Assembly (NCBI RefSeq): GCF_006345805.1
Contig: NC_043007.1
Span: forward strand, 5,704,001-5,768,000
Reading direction: 5' to 3'
DNA: 64,000 bases
From: Octopus sinensis
Taxonomy: Eukaryota
Shown: piece after piece, positions 52,095 to 64,000 of the stretch
Layout: every line of letters begins with the position of its first letter
How positions within the stretch are numbered: the stretch's first letter is position 1
Translations under genes and position numbers: made by a program
The notes under the pieces: generated by a model
Seen by the model: only the letters and a program-made list of their open reading frames with translations
Databases searched by the model: none
What the model was told of the DNA's origin: nothing

Positions 52095-52950
52095 GAGCTG
52101 TGGCCATGCTGATGCACCGACGTTTTGCTACAGTTATTACTGAGAGCCTCTTCTAATATGTCGCACTTGGTGAAGAATGGAGTTTGATAGAGCTACCCTC
52201 ATTTGCACCTCTTGCCGTGAGGTAGGTTCATCTGGGACTCTCGAGAGGAAAAGGTCCAGCTTTGATTTAAAAAACCCTACATCTACTTTGTGCAAATTCT
52301 TCAGACTCTTTGGGAGAATATTAAAAAGCTGTGGGCCCTTGAAACCCAGGCTGTTGCAGTAACTGGTCCTGAAGCGTGATGGCATTGCGGGACCTTTGGC
52401 ACTATGCAGTATCGTCCCGTTCTGGCATTGGTGTAGCTTTCAATGCCAAAATTTAGCACAATTCCTTCCAGGATCTTGGAATTTTTCAGCATTAAACTGC
52501 ATATAATTATCCTCATCCCATCTGTAGATTGAGTCCAACTCCTGCTGCAGGTGTGCAACATCGCTAGTGTTCTATATGTTCTCTGAGACTTTCGTATCAT
52601 CTGCATAGCTTGCAAGGGTAGCTATCCGGGCATTTGAGGGCATATCTGAGAGGGCCATTATAAAAAGCAGTGGTCCCAAGAGAGTGCCCTGTGGAACACC
52701 GCTCACTATTTGTGTGTTCGTAGAGGTGTCTCCATTAGCCACTATTGCCTGACTTCTATCTTTCAGAAAGTCACTTAACCACTCTCCAAGTTTTCCAGCT
52801 ATGCCAAGGTCACGCAGTTTGTGGCATATCATACCATGATCCAACTGGTCAAAAGCTTTTGCAAAATCAAGGTGCATTACGTCCACATTTGATTTGCTGA
52901 ATAACTGCCTCAACACCCAGTCATAATGCTGTAAGAGCTGGGTCAGGTAA
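52095..52950 (-). mobile_element. CR1-type LINE fragment (RT plus 3' end, internal deletion)
   Basis: Translates VMHLDFAKAFDQLDHG...WLSDFLKDRSQ...SGVPQGTLLGPLLF...YADDTKV; NSLGFKGPQLFNILP. A 3' stem-loop lies at 52088-52100. Confidence 0.92.
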
Positions 52951-53218
52951 CTCCTACGTGGATATCTGGATATCTGTATAATATATATATAATATATATA
53001 TTGATAAAACGGTAAGATAACAAAAGAAAGAAAGAGACCTCAATATTATGTAAATAGAGGAAATTTATCTATACAATATGTTACATTACTCGGTAGTCAA
53101 GATAAAACTCTGAGTTTCAAGATTATATATATATATATATCTGTTTGTGTTTATACACACACATACACACATGCACGCGCACGCAAACAGACATATGAAT
53201 ATATATATATAAACACAT

Positions 53219-53281
<63 letters not shown>

Positions 53282-53584
53282 GATAGGTTAACAAAGAATA
53301 GAACCATTTTCATTTGTTATTTCATATATTTCATATTTCGATTCTCTATTTAATGACTTTTACGAAACTTTATGGCGTAAATAATTTTAGATTCCATTTA
53401 TAAAATAGATATGGAATGGATGTGTTATAAAGCTGCCTGAAGCGAAACTTTTCAAGGATTTTTTCATTTCTGTTCAACTGGAAATAAGTGTAACAGATTC
53501 ACGTAGAATCAAACATTTCTCAACTCTGATATTTCCCGTATTTGTGCTTTATTATTGTAGTTATGTTTATTTACCTGCCATTAT

Positions 53585-53945
53585 CATCTGTCCGCTATTC
53601 TCTCTTTCTTCTTCTTCTTTTCTTCTTCTTCTTCTTCTTCTTCTTCTTTCTCTTCTTCTATTCTTCTTCTCTTCTTATTCTTCTTCTTCTCTTCTTTTCT
53701 TCTTCTTCTTCTTCTTCTTCTTATTCTCCTCTCTCGTCTTCTTCTTCTTCTTCTTTTCTTCTTCTGCTTCTTCTTTTCTTCTTCTCTTCTCTTTCTTATT
53801 CTTCTCCTCCTTTCTTCTTTTTTCTTCTTCTTCTTCTCTTCTTCTCCTTCTTTTTTTCTTCTTCTTTTTCTTCTTCTTCTTCTTCTTTTTTTATCTTCTT
53901 TTTTCTTCTTCTTCTTCTTCTTCTTCTCTTATTATTATTATTTTA
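53585..53945. repeat. Degenerate (TTC)n tract ending in (TTA)n
   Basis: Read directly from the sequence; it abuts the 3' end of the LINE at 53955-54865. Confidence 0.9.
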
Positions 53946-53954
53946 TTTCTTTCC

Positions 53955-54865
53955 ATCACAGGTTTTGTTTGGAGCTCCTGAAGTCTTGCATGCGTAGCGG
54001 GCTTGCTACCCGCAGCCTACCTTACCCCGATATTTGTTCTTTTCAACAAATATCTAATACTTTCCTGATTATTCTGGCCGTGCCAAGGAGGAAAACCTTT
54101 TGTAACAGTTCCACTGGGCACAGTATTCCAATTTCTTTATATTCCTCTTGATGTCTTCTAATACTGTTCCCAAGGACCTAATATTATTAATTCATATACG
54201 TACAAGTAATTTTAATACTATTTTTAGAGTAATTGTACATATAATCACACATAATAATTATGTCTTTCGATTAGCCTGGGTTCTTCTGTCAGTATTGAAT
54301 GAACAATTCCAGATGATAGGGACATTGTTATCTTCAACGACTGGTTCAGGATGATGTTCATACCAGTAAACATGAGTGCCGATTTTATTGTATTTACATA
54401 TGTTTCAGTGTAAATACTGCCCTACACAATCGTGGCTATATTTGTATTCGTTTGGTGTCAGCACAGGACACACTGAGATGAGATGGTCTATTGTTTCGTC
54501 AACTGTGCCACAGAGTCTGCATTTAGGGTCAGAACCGTTTTGAAGAACGTTAACCTGGTAGTTTTTTGTGAGCAAGTTTTGATCTTGTGCCGCCAATATG
54601 AAACCTTCAGTCTCTGCTTTCAGTTCTGAACTTCTCATCCACTGATGGGTTGTTGCTTAGTCTACGTCAGCATTTCGACAGCGAAGTATATACTGCCCAT
54701 GCAGGGCTTTTGGATCCACCACTCATAATTTTTTTTATGCCCGTTCTACTTTGCTTGATTCGTTTTGCATGCTTGGTGGCAGTGGTTTCAAGTTCCCTTA
54801 CGAATTTATAAGCTTCCTTGACAATAGAATGTGACTTTTTGCTGCTTTCATGTTTGCACACAAGT
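53955..54865 (-). mobile_element. R4/Dong-type LINE 3' fragment(s) (CCHC knuckle plus RLE)
   Basis: Translates SIVKEAYKF; ETEGFILAAQDQNLLTKNY...PKCRLCGTVDETIDHLISVCPVL...HDCVGQYLH; ELLQKVFLLGTARIIRKVL. Confidence 0.88.
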
Positions 54866-54964
54866 CGCAGTATCTAGTCCTCCGTGCCCCACTTGGCCTC
54901 GATGAAGTGTGATAAAGCAACTTTTGTAAGAGCTGAGCTCAGACAAACAGTTTCCATTGAATTA

Positions 54965-55101
54965 TCATCATTATTATTATTGAGTGAGAGAATAGTGCAT
55001 GCCATCAAAGTGACACTGGGGTAAAATATACGACGTTTAGTATACTCATCATGACTACCCGTCTGATAAGGGTACACCAGGCACATGCATCACAACCATA
55101 T
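54965..55101 (-). mobile_element. Retroposon 3' tail fragment ending in (AAT)n
   Basis: Minus strand ...CCCCAGTGTCACTTTGATGGCATGCACTATTCTCTCACTCAATAATAAT. Family assignment is from memory only. Confidence 0.45.
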
Positions 55102-55329
55102 TGGCAGAAAGCTAAGGTGCACACTTGTAGGTCTGACGTTCATTTGAAGGTCGACTGCTCACAAAATCAACAAAATAGAGCTTGAGAAACGGCGGCTCTG
55201 CTACCACCACCACCACCACCACCACCACCACACGAAGGCCAGAAGCTGCAACAACAGTCATTAACACAACATTTTCAACAGCAGAATCCCACCACCACAA
55301 TACTTAGCTGCACTTCACCTATCTTGACC

Positions 55330-55467
55330 TTCTGAGTTCAAATTCAGGCGAGGTCGACTTTGCCTTTTATCTTTACAGGGTCGATAAAATGAGTAACAGT
55401 TGAGCACTGGGATCGATATAGTCGACTTAGCCCACCCCCGAAATTGCTGGCCTTGTGCCAAAATTTG

Positions 55468-55472
<5 letters not shown>
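55330..55472 (+). mobile_element. 5'-truncated, diverged SINE family A with a GGCCTTGTGCC-type tail
   Basis: Core TTCTGAGTTCAAATT...GGTCGATAAAATGAGTA; tail resembles the 4306 copy. Confidence 0.75.
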
Positions 55473-55500
<28 letters not shown>

Positions 55501-55787
55501 CCGCCGACACCACCACCACCACCAATATTATGAATATTGTCTGAAGTTCACCTCAGAAACTTAGTTGAAAGTGAACCTTCTATTGATAGAGCGAATGCAA
55601 GAAAAGAACAGAATAGAACATTGGAATCTAACCGAGTGGGAATAGAATGAACGTATTATACTTAATAATTCCTGACAATTTACATTACAGACAGAATATA
55701 TAAAATATATAAAATATAGACTTTCTCTTGTTTGTTTCTTTGCGTATTAAGCTGAGAAGGAAGAACAACACCTCAGACCTTATATCT

Positions 55788-56008
55788 ATTTCACTCCTAC
55801 CCACAACGGGCTAAACACAGAGAGGACAAGCAAGGACAGACAAACGGATTACATCGACCCCAGTGCGTAAATGGTACTTAATTTATCGACCCCGAAATGG
55901 TGAAAGGCAAAGTCGACCTCGGCGGAATTTGAACTCAGAACGTAACTGCAGACGAAATACGGCTACGCATTTCGCCCGGCGTGCTAACGTTTCTGCCAAC
56001 TCGCCGCC
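55788..56008 (-). mobile_element. SINE family A monomer
   Basis: 14-bp TSD CAGACCTTATATCT at 55774-55787 and 56013-56026. Confidence 0.92.
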
Positions 56009-57343
56009 TTCCCAGACCTTATATCTTTAAGGTCTCTGAGAAAGGTGAGGAAAAGGTACAAGACTACCTTTAAATCGGAGGCTGTGTATGAATAAGAATG
56101 CGCTGCATCATTACTACAGAAAGTATACAGATTTATTAAAGAAATTCGTATAAAATTCGAAACCGAAGAACATGCCATTGCAACTTTTCATAGGAGAAAA
56201 TTTATCGAAACAATGATATTATGTTACTCAAAGACGTAATAGAATCGCTAAGTCGATATAAAAAAAAAACAGAAGACAATTTATTACAGTATTAATAACT
56301 CGCCACCCAAAACCCAACGCAGAAAGATTATATTTTCAACCAGGAGATTATCATAAAACATCTACTGTGAGGCTATGCAAATATCTAGTATCGCCATGAT
56401 TGAAAAATAATAGAAAAAGCTACAAAACACAAAGTAAATAATAAACTGCTTTCTCTCTACTTGGAAGCCAACAAATATTAATTAGATGCAGAAGTAACAG
56501 TAAGGAAAAAAGAAAACTCAACAGAATCTGTTCATCAACTAAAATCCAACTGAAAACCGGACTACAGAATGCGACTAAAAATGTATCTCAAGGTAATCCC
56601 ATCCATGGCCACTAGTTTTCCGAAAAGCACAGGAGTGAAAGTTGAGACTGGCAGAATTCTGGTGCAACACAGAAGCATTATCTTCCAGCCGAACAACCGA
56701 AAATATGTCGTGAAACAGAATATCGGTAACTGGAGGATATATGAAAGGAGGAGATAAAAATAACGTCTGATTGCCTAGCATTTGTCAAGAATAGATTTAC
56801 AAGCATGACTGTGTTCGGCCATTTATTGAGAGATTGGAAATTATATCAGCATTTCGGAATACAGGCAGCAAAGTGATGATATATAAATACATAGGAAGAT
56901 GTGTCAAGGAATAGCTAATCGACCGTATTATGGGATATAAAAATCTATTTGAGACGGTTTGATCATGGACAGAATATTGTTAAAGATGACAGTGAAAGGA
57001 AATCACTCCAAATTGACCTATAAGTCCTAAACATGATAATGTCTAATAAAGGAAACGGAGAAAATATTTAAATATATGACCTGCAGATAGAGATAAACAT
57101 AGCACGGGAATTGGAAACAGGCTTTTCTTATAACATGAGCGGTAGGGATTGTATGCAGACAAGTGCAAAATGAAAACTCCAGGACTTCTACAATGGAGCA
57201 TCGCAAGACATGGCAGAACTAATAACATAGAATACGTCCTGTATAACATAAACGGGGAGAAAAATACACAAACCCCAGGAGCAGAGCTGCGTCCGAATCT
57301 GCATATAAAACACCACAATAATACTAAGACTGCTAAAATAAGC

Positions 57344-58204
57344 TCTCTATATATAAACGGCAAAATGTGTGTGTGTCCTTTATACAAATCCACAACTTTT
57401 CAGGTAGAGGGCTAGCACTTTCTATGGTCATTCAAAACCGTCCAAGGGTGGTTGTGAAGATCTTTTTATTTCCCAGTTACCCCTGAAAGTCATTTTAAAA
57501 AATCGATAAACTGACCCCTTATGTTTCAGGTAACAATAGTCTTTAATATAAGGGGCGTAACTCACTTAATCCAGGAGTTTAATCTAAAGATATTAAACCA
57601 TAGCAAGGGAAATAACTCTTTAAAACTCTGCATCTCCCCCCTTTGTTATGTATCACACCTCAATACTGTACCAGACCAATTTATCCAATTTAGGACCGGA
57701 ACTGTCCCGGATTTCTGGATTTTCCAGTTTCCCAGAGAATTTCTAAACGCTTGCTTAAAATTTCTATATCAATAAATGGCAAAATGTCTGTTTTTTGATT
57801 GGATGGCGATAATTTTACAGCTGACAGTTGGATGCGCATGCGCATTTGCAGACAGTCTGTATGACTGTGCATTTTTGTGTTTTGCGAGTTCAAGTTCCCT
57901 TACGAATTTATAAGCTTCCTTGACAATAGAATGTGACTTTTTGCTGCTTTCATGTTTGCACACAAGTCGCAGTATCTAGTCCTCCGTGCCCCACTTGGCC
58001 TCGATGAAGTGTGATAAAGCAACTTTTGTAAGAGCTGAGCTCAGACAAACATGTGTTTTGGCTTTCAAACGTGCACGCTTTTTGGATTTGAGAAATGCAG
58101 GGAATAATTAACGAGTTTGACCAAATGAATGACAAGAGAGCGGGATGAAAGACCAAATATGCACGACTAGCACTAGACCTGGCAACGCCGGGTCATAGTG
58201 CTAG
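57344..58204 (+). mobile_element. Helitron-like element (two tandem heads) containing a captured 163-bp segment
   Basis: Head TCTCTATATATAAACGGCAAAATGTG at 57344 and a second similar head at ~57763. 3' hairpin GACCTGGCAACGCCGGGTC and CTAG|T at 58201-58205. Confidence 0.65.
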
Positions 58205-58319
58205 TAAACGAATAATTATAATTGATTATATGAAACCTTTTAGTTGTAGTAGTTTACCAATCACAGAAAGATAACAGGTAAAATCGATCTTTACACGAAT
58301 AGAACTGAAACCTTAAATA

Positions 58320-58690
58320 GGTGTTGACTGGTAATTGAGATATTCGCTTCGCAACCACGAATAACATCGAGCGCCGATCAACATCCTGTGAGGAAATCTG
58401 ACAGATTGTGATAAGCTTGTGGTGCGTGTGTGTATGTACATATGTGTGTGAGTGCGCGCGTGTCTGTGTTTGTGTGTGTTCGTGTGTGTGTGCCTATCGA
58501 TTGACAATTGGTGTTTACATCCCCGTAATTTAGCGATTCATTCCGTAAATGTGATCGATAGATTAAGTCCCAGACTTTAAAAATCAAATGCCGGAGTAGA
58601 TCTGTTCGACTTATCCTTCCTACCAGCAGATGATCCAGCAGATGATCCAGCACTGACGTAGCCCAGGGACTTAAACGAGTAAATGAGTAA
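58320..58690 (+). mobile_element. Old diverged SINE family B copy
   Basis: Contains GGTGTTTACATCCCCGTAATTTAGCGATTC and ATCTGTTCGACT, matching the family B 3' half. Confidence 0.5.
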
Positions 58691-59208
58691 AACAGGGACG
58701 TAGCTAAATACCACAATTCATTTTGTCCGACATTCTACCAAATAATAATAATAATAATAATAATGCTCCATGCCTAGGTACACGGACAAAATATGGAGAA
58801 AATTGTTTAATTCGATGCTATCGATCCCCTTCTAGACTGGTGCATTATTTTATTGACCGTGAAATGTTGAAAACATAGCTTATCTCAGCGGGATTTGAAC
58901 TCAGAACGTAAAGAGACGGAAAAATAATACGAAGCATTTTTACGACGCTCAAGCTCGTCTACAAACTCTAGTCCCAGACTTGTGGATTTTCAATGACATC
59001 TGAAGCTGGTCTTTAAGGGCCTTTTCATTACTGTACTGATATGAATCGAAAGGTGCATGGACGTTAAATCATCTCTCCAAACTTTAGTCACACAAAAACA
59101 ACAAAGACACACAAAAATATTAGAAAACGATTGCAGAGTGCAACATACGTTAGCCATTGAAAAACACACAAACACTGTTAACTTCACTTAAATTATTATT
59201 TGTTTTAG

Positions 59209-59627
59209 GGCGGCGATCTGGCAGAACCGTTAGCGCGCCGGGCGAAATGCGTAGCCGTATTTCGTCTGCCGTTACGTTCTTAGTTCAAATTCCGCCGAGG
59301 TCGACGGTTGCCTTTGATCCTTTCGGGGTCGATAAATTAAGTACCAGTTACGCGCTGGGGTTCATGTAATCGACTTAATACCTATGTCTGTCCCTGTTTG
59401 TCCCCTCTGTGTTTAGCCCTTGTGGGTAAAAAAGAAATAGGTATTTCGTTTACCGTTACGTTTCTGAGTTCAAGTTCCGCCGAGGTCAACTTTGCCTTTC
59501 ATCCTTTCGGGATCGATAAATAAAGTACCAGTTATGCACTGGGGTCGATGTAATCGACTTAATCACTTTGTCTGTCCTTGTTTGTCCCCTCTATGTTTAG
59601 CCCCCTGTGGGCAATAAAGAAATATAT
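59209..59627 (+). mobile_element. Dimeric SINE family A
   Basis: Same two-unit architecture as 29681-30073. 15-bp TSD TTATTATTTGTTTTA at 59193-59207 and 59628-59642. Confidence 0.92.
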
Positions 59628-59960
59628 TTATTATTTGTTTTATGGTATCAACATTTATAATCATAGGTACCATTAGTGAAGGCTTCCAAGTATAAGTTTC
59701 AATATATTTTTTATTAATATAAATTTTTCTTTGCAGAAGACAAGCTCATCAATACAAAAATGACACGAGTTCTATAAGTCAAGACATTTTCAAGCGTTAA
59801 TGACTGCATAATTAGTGCAGATACACATTAATATGGCTATATATGCAAATGTGTGTGGCGGGGTTCGAAGGTGCTTGTAATGATAAGACGTGTACAGATC
59901 TTTTTCAGTATGCTTGCTTTATACGCTTATATTTAAGTATACGTATCTAAATCTAATTAC

Positions 59961-59999
<39 letters not shown>

Positions 60000-60073
60000 T
60001 GTGTATATATATATATACATACATATATATACATATATGTGTATATATATATACATACATATATATATACGTG

Positions 60074-60120
<47 letters not shown>

Positions 60121-60778
60121 ATATATGTATATGTGTATATATGTACATATACACACATATATATTATACATACATGTATGTACATATATAATCGTTCATA
60201 CATAAATATATGCATGTACGCCTAGGGTCATATTACAAGTAAAACAATATCTAGTTAACGATTGTGTTTTTTTTTTCTATATTTTTTTTCAAAACCGCAT
60301 TTTGCTTCGTTAGTTTTGTTTTCCTTTCTCCAATCTCCGTGTTGCAATACACTCTGCTACGAAAATTCTTATAAGTTTTGATTATTTACTATTCATGAAG
60401 CTCTTTGTAAAAAGAAGTTAGATTTCGCTCTCAGCAAAAACGAGATTTATGATTCAGAGGCAGCCATTTTGATTTTTTTGTTACTTTTTGCATTTCCTTT
60501 ATTGTGTTATTTAATTTTATGACGAGCGTAAAGATGCTTAGACAATATTACTAGCGTATGAAATTGTACTATGTACATATGCATGCATGTAAGCATGTGT
60601 GCGTGTGTTGCTGTATGTACGTATGTATGTATGTATGTATGTATGTATGTATGTATGTATTCATGTATGTATGTGTGTGTGTTTCTATCTACGTATGTGT
60701 GCATACGCATGGGCAGACGCATGTGCATATACACACACACACATTAATGCTTACATATACATACAAATACACGCACAG

Positions 60779-60859
<81 letters not shown>

Positions 60860-60867
60860 TTATATAT

Positions 60868-60926
<59 letters not shown>

Positions 60927-61639
60927 GTACGTGTATATCTATATAAATATACCCACGCACGCACACTCATTATACACATATCTATATACCTATATACATG
61001 TATATAAGCCGACGTGCGTATATGTATGTAAAATATGTGTTTATAAGCATATACATTCATAAATATATATATATATACATGCTTTTATTCATACATATGT
61101 ATGCAGTATGTTCAGAGGACATCATCATGATAATACATTTTTGAAGAAAACTGATTTACCTCCAGCAAAAGCACTAAAAATGTTATTTAACAATTTTTCT
61201 TGTGTATTGAAGATATTTCATTATTATTATTATTGTTGTTGTTGTTGTTTTTGTTATTCGTGAGGAAAGCTAATTCGTCTTGTTGGATAACTATTGACAG
61301 TAAACTAACAAATAGGTGCTTTCAATGTTTAATACAATTGCAAATTTTCTTTTTCTGTGTTTCTGCTCTATGTCGTACAGCAAATAAATGTTCCATGGAC
61401 TTACCTTCACATTCTATGCAATGTTCAATATAAGCTAGAGTTAAGATTTGTTATATAATATATTGTGAAGGATCTAATCGAATACGAACAAATGTACCAC
61501 AAAATGGGTAGAGGCTTTTAATTGGTAGTTAATGTTCTATTTAATATAAGACTTAAAATGACCATCACCATGCTAAATACATAATCATATCTCCATGTTT
61601 TCAGCTGTCAAAATTGTACCTGTCAATATCTGTCATGTT

Positions 61640-62330
61640 TCGAATTCTTTTAGTCTGGGGCAGCGCCAGTGTTATCAGCTTTTAATTGGCGAACCCTATG
61701 TGATTGGCTTTTGGTGAAGGAGGGAGTTCGACACTGCTGTCCTCTTTTGAGTCTCCTGACTTGATATTGGTTTGTCTGGGATCTTGGATAGCAAGAGGTC
61801 AAGTTGTTTCTTGAAAACATCTACGCCCACTCCATGAAGATCCCACCGATGTTTTGGCAAGATGTTAAATAGCTGTGTGCCCTTGAATCCCAAACTATTT
61901 TAGTACATGGTCCTCACTCTAGATGGGACAACTGGGACCTTTGGAACAGTTCATTGGCGTCCAGTTCGAGGTCTGGTATAGCTCCCAACTCCTAGTTTGG
62001 GGCCACATATATCACTGCATGCCTCTCTTATCTTCGTCCGAGGGAGTAGAGTCGTAGCTCTTTCAGTCTCGCCCAGTAGCTCAGCTGTTCCATTGATGTA
62101 ATCTCCCTTGTGTAACATCGGCGAGCTGCTATTAATCTGACACTGTAGGGTGATGACAGTTGAGCGCAGTTTTCAGACAGCTGAGGACAAATGTCCTCCA
62201 TAGGACCAACAAAATTTCCTGGTTCCTTGCTGGGAAGATTCTCAGAATCTATCCGGTCATTCGCCTGAGTATCTTGGTGATATGCATGTGAATTGGCTGT
62301 TATCATCAATCTTGCATATTTATCAGAATC
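61640..62330 (-). mobile_element. CR1-type LINE 3' fragment
   Basis: Translates MTG*ILRIF...VLWRTFVLS; MEQLSYWARLKELRLYSLGRR; LGFKGTQLFNILPK...VFKKQLDLLLSKIPD. Confidence 0.85.
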
Positions 62331-62389
62331 AGATTATTATTTAAACATTTTAAAGATGACAATATTTCATGCCGCTAAACCCTAGAGAC

Positions 62390-62700
62390 CTTTGCAAGGC
62401 CCTTGGTTTTGCAATTTTTACGCTCTGACTTTGCACTCAACGACCAAATCTGGTTTCCTGGCTTCAATAATATGATAAGTCTTTATAAGATTCTACAATT
62501 ATCATTTACCCTCAGAGCTCCTGGGGTGTGTTCATACCACTTTTCTGTTACTTTAAATCCCCACACATGGCTAGCATCATAATGTAGTCGTCTTTTACCG
62601 ACCCAATCATGCTTACGCTTACATTCTCTTTGTACCAGCTGACTGCATTTCCACGGACTTTGCTTTCACTCTTTGAGTTTTATCAATTTGTTTCTTTATC
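62390..62700 (-). mobile_element. Decayed R4/Dong-type RLE fragment
   Basis: Translates KRKHDWVGK...VWGFKVTEKWYEHTP, followed by a degraded KPD-like region. Confidence 0.6.
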
Positions 62701-62714
62701 CTGTTCGTTCTAAT

Positions 62715-63005
62715 AATGGATTTTGATTATTATTTTCTCTTAATCACAGGTTTTGTTGGAGCTCCTGGAGTCTTGTATACGTAGCGGGATCACTACATCC
62801 AGCTTAAGCTACCATGCTATTCGTTCTTTTCAGCTATCTAATACATTCCTGATTATTCTGGCCGTGCCAAAGAGGAAAACATTTTGTAACGGTTCTACTG
62901 GGCACTCGATTCCAATTTCCTTGATATTCCTCTTCATGCCTGCTGATACTGTTCCCAAGGACCCAACAATAATTGACACTACCTTCACCTTCTTCATTGT
63001 GAGTG
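62715..63005 (-). mobile_element. R4/Dong-type LINE 3' end
   Basis: Translates KVVSIIVGSLGTVS...EPLQNVFLFGTARIIRNVLDS*; homologous to 53955-54190. Confidence 0.8.
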
Positions 63006-63549
63006 AATATTGTAATCACAACGATTATATATGTATCTTAAGTCATATCTCCTTGCCGGAGAAGGCTATTGAACATATGATTTCAGATCTTGTGAGAGAG
63101 GTTACCTGTACCAAACTGATAAGCCATCCAGGGTGAGAAATGTCTCCGCTCCATTTAACAGAATGGGAACCAGAGTTACGCACCAACATAACAGAGCGTT
63201 GGAGGCTTATGAAAGGATGAAGCTATGTAGGTGTATTGAAAGAGACTTCACAATTTCGCAGAGACGTGTATCCAGGAATACTTACCATTTTCTCGAGATT
63301 CGACTCAGCTGCAGATGGTCGTAAAAATTCAATAGCGACTTGTTTCTTTATGTTTTAATTTTGGAAACTCTACTTCTCTATTCAACTAGAATTTCACATA
63401 CAAAAAAACAAAAAAGTTCTTCGGATATAGTCAAAAGGAAAAAATACTATTTTTTAAAATTCACTGAATGAATTTTAGGAAAAAGAATCATTTAAAAAAT
63501 GTGTCTGTAAATGAGATTATATATTTACATACATATGTATGTATATATT

Positions 63550-63591
<42 letters not shown>

Positions 63592-63599
63592 ATATATAT

Positions 63600-63639
<40 letters not shown>

Positions 63640-63845
63640 GTATCCTTTTATTCTTTTGTTTGCTTCAGTCATTTGACGGTAGCCATGCTGGAGCACCGTC
63701 TATAGTCGAACACATCGAGCCCAGGGCTTATTCTATCGATCTCTTTTGCCGAACCGCTACGTTACCGTGATGTAAACACACCGACATTAGTTGTGTAGCT
63801 ATAGTGGCGGGGGGGGGGGACAAACTCATACACACAAACACATAC

Positions 63846-63891
<46 letters not shown>

Positions 63892-63942
63892 TATTAATTA
63901 GAGACAAAACCACTATTATGCAAATCAAACAAAGAAAGACTT

Positions 63943-63982
<40 letters not shown>

Positions 63983-64000
63983 GACGGGCTTCTTTCAATT
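63640..64000 (-). mobile_element. SINE family B running off the window end
   Basis: 3' half at 63640-63830 (GACGGTGCTCCAGCATGG tail); the last bases are the reverse complement of TGAAAGAAGCCCGTCGT, from the family B 5' half. Confidence 0.8.

Noticed and set aside
63005-63330. ORF 63133-63324 and a minus-strand GTAAGT donor near 63280
   Set aside because: Stops occur in all extended frames, with no recognisable domain and no good acceptor.

Overview
AT-rich, microsatellite-dense eukaryotic DNA. It is most likely a coleoid cephalopod (octopus) intron or intergenic region; this is inferred from the SINE families and repeat style, not from a marker gene. No host gene, rRNA, genuine tRNA or CRISPR array can be supported, and most ORFs in the supplied track are translations of simple repeats. 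The window is a mosaic of decayed mobile elements: a 5'-truncated, frameshifted 2.6 kb RTE LINE (34652-37240); CR1-type, R4/Dong-type and HERO/NeSL-type non-LTR fragments; several Penelope-like (GIY-YIG) fragments; two Tc1/mariner remnants; non-autonomous Helitron-like elements; and at least four tRNA-derived SINE families. The most unusual signal is a near-intact minimal hammerhead ribozyme at the apex of a 447-bp inverted-repeat element (50886-51332), with other hammerhead-like motifs elsewhere. Also notable are three near-perfect foldback palindromes that each end in a (TA)n tract, a 163-bp identical local segment inside a Helitron-like element, dimeric SINEs inserted as single units with 15-bp TSDs, and visible SINE-LINE 3'-tail partnerships. 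All calls come from manual reading and translation; no searches were run and most boundaries are approximate.
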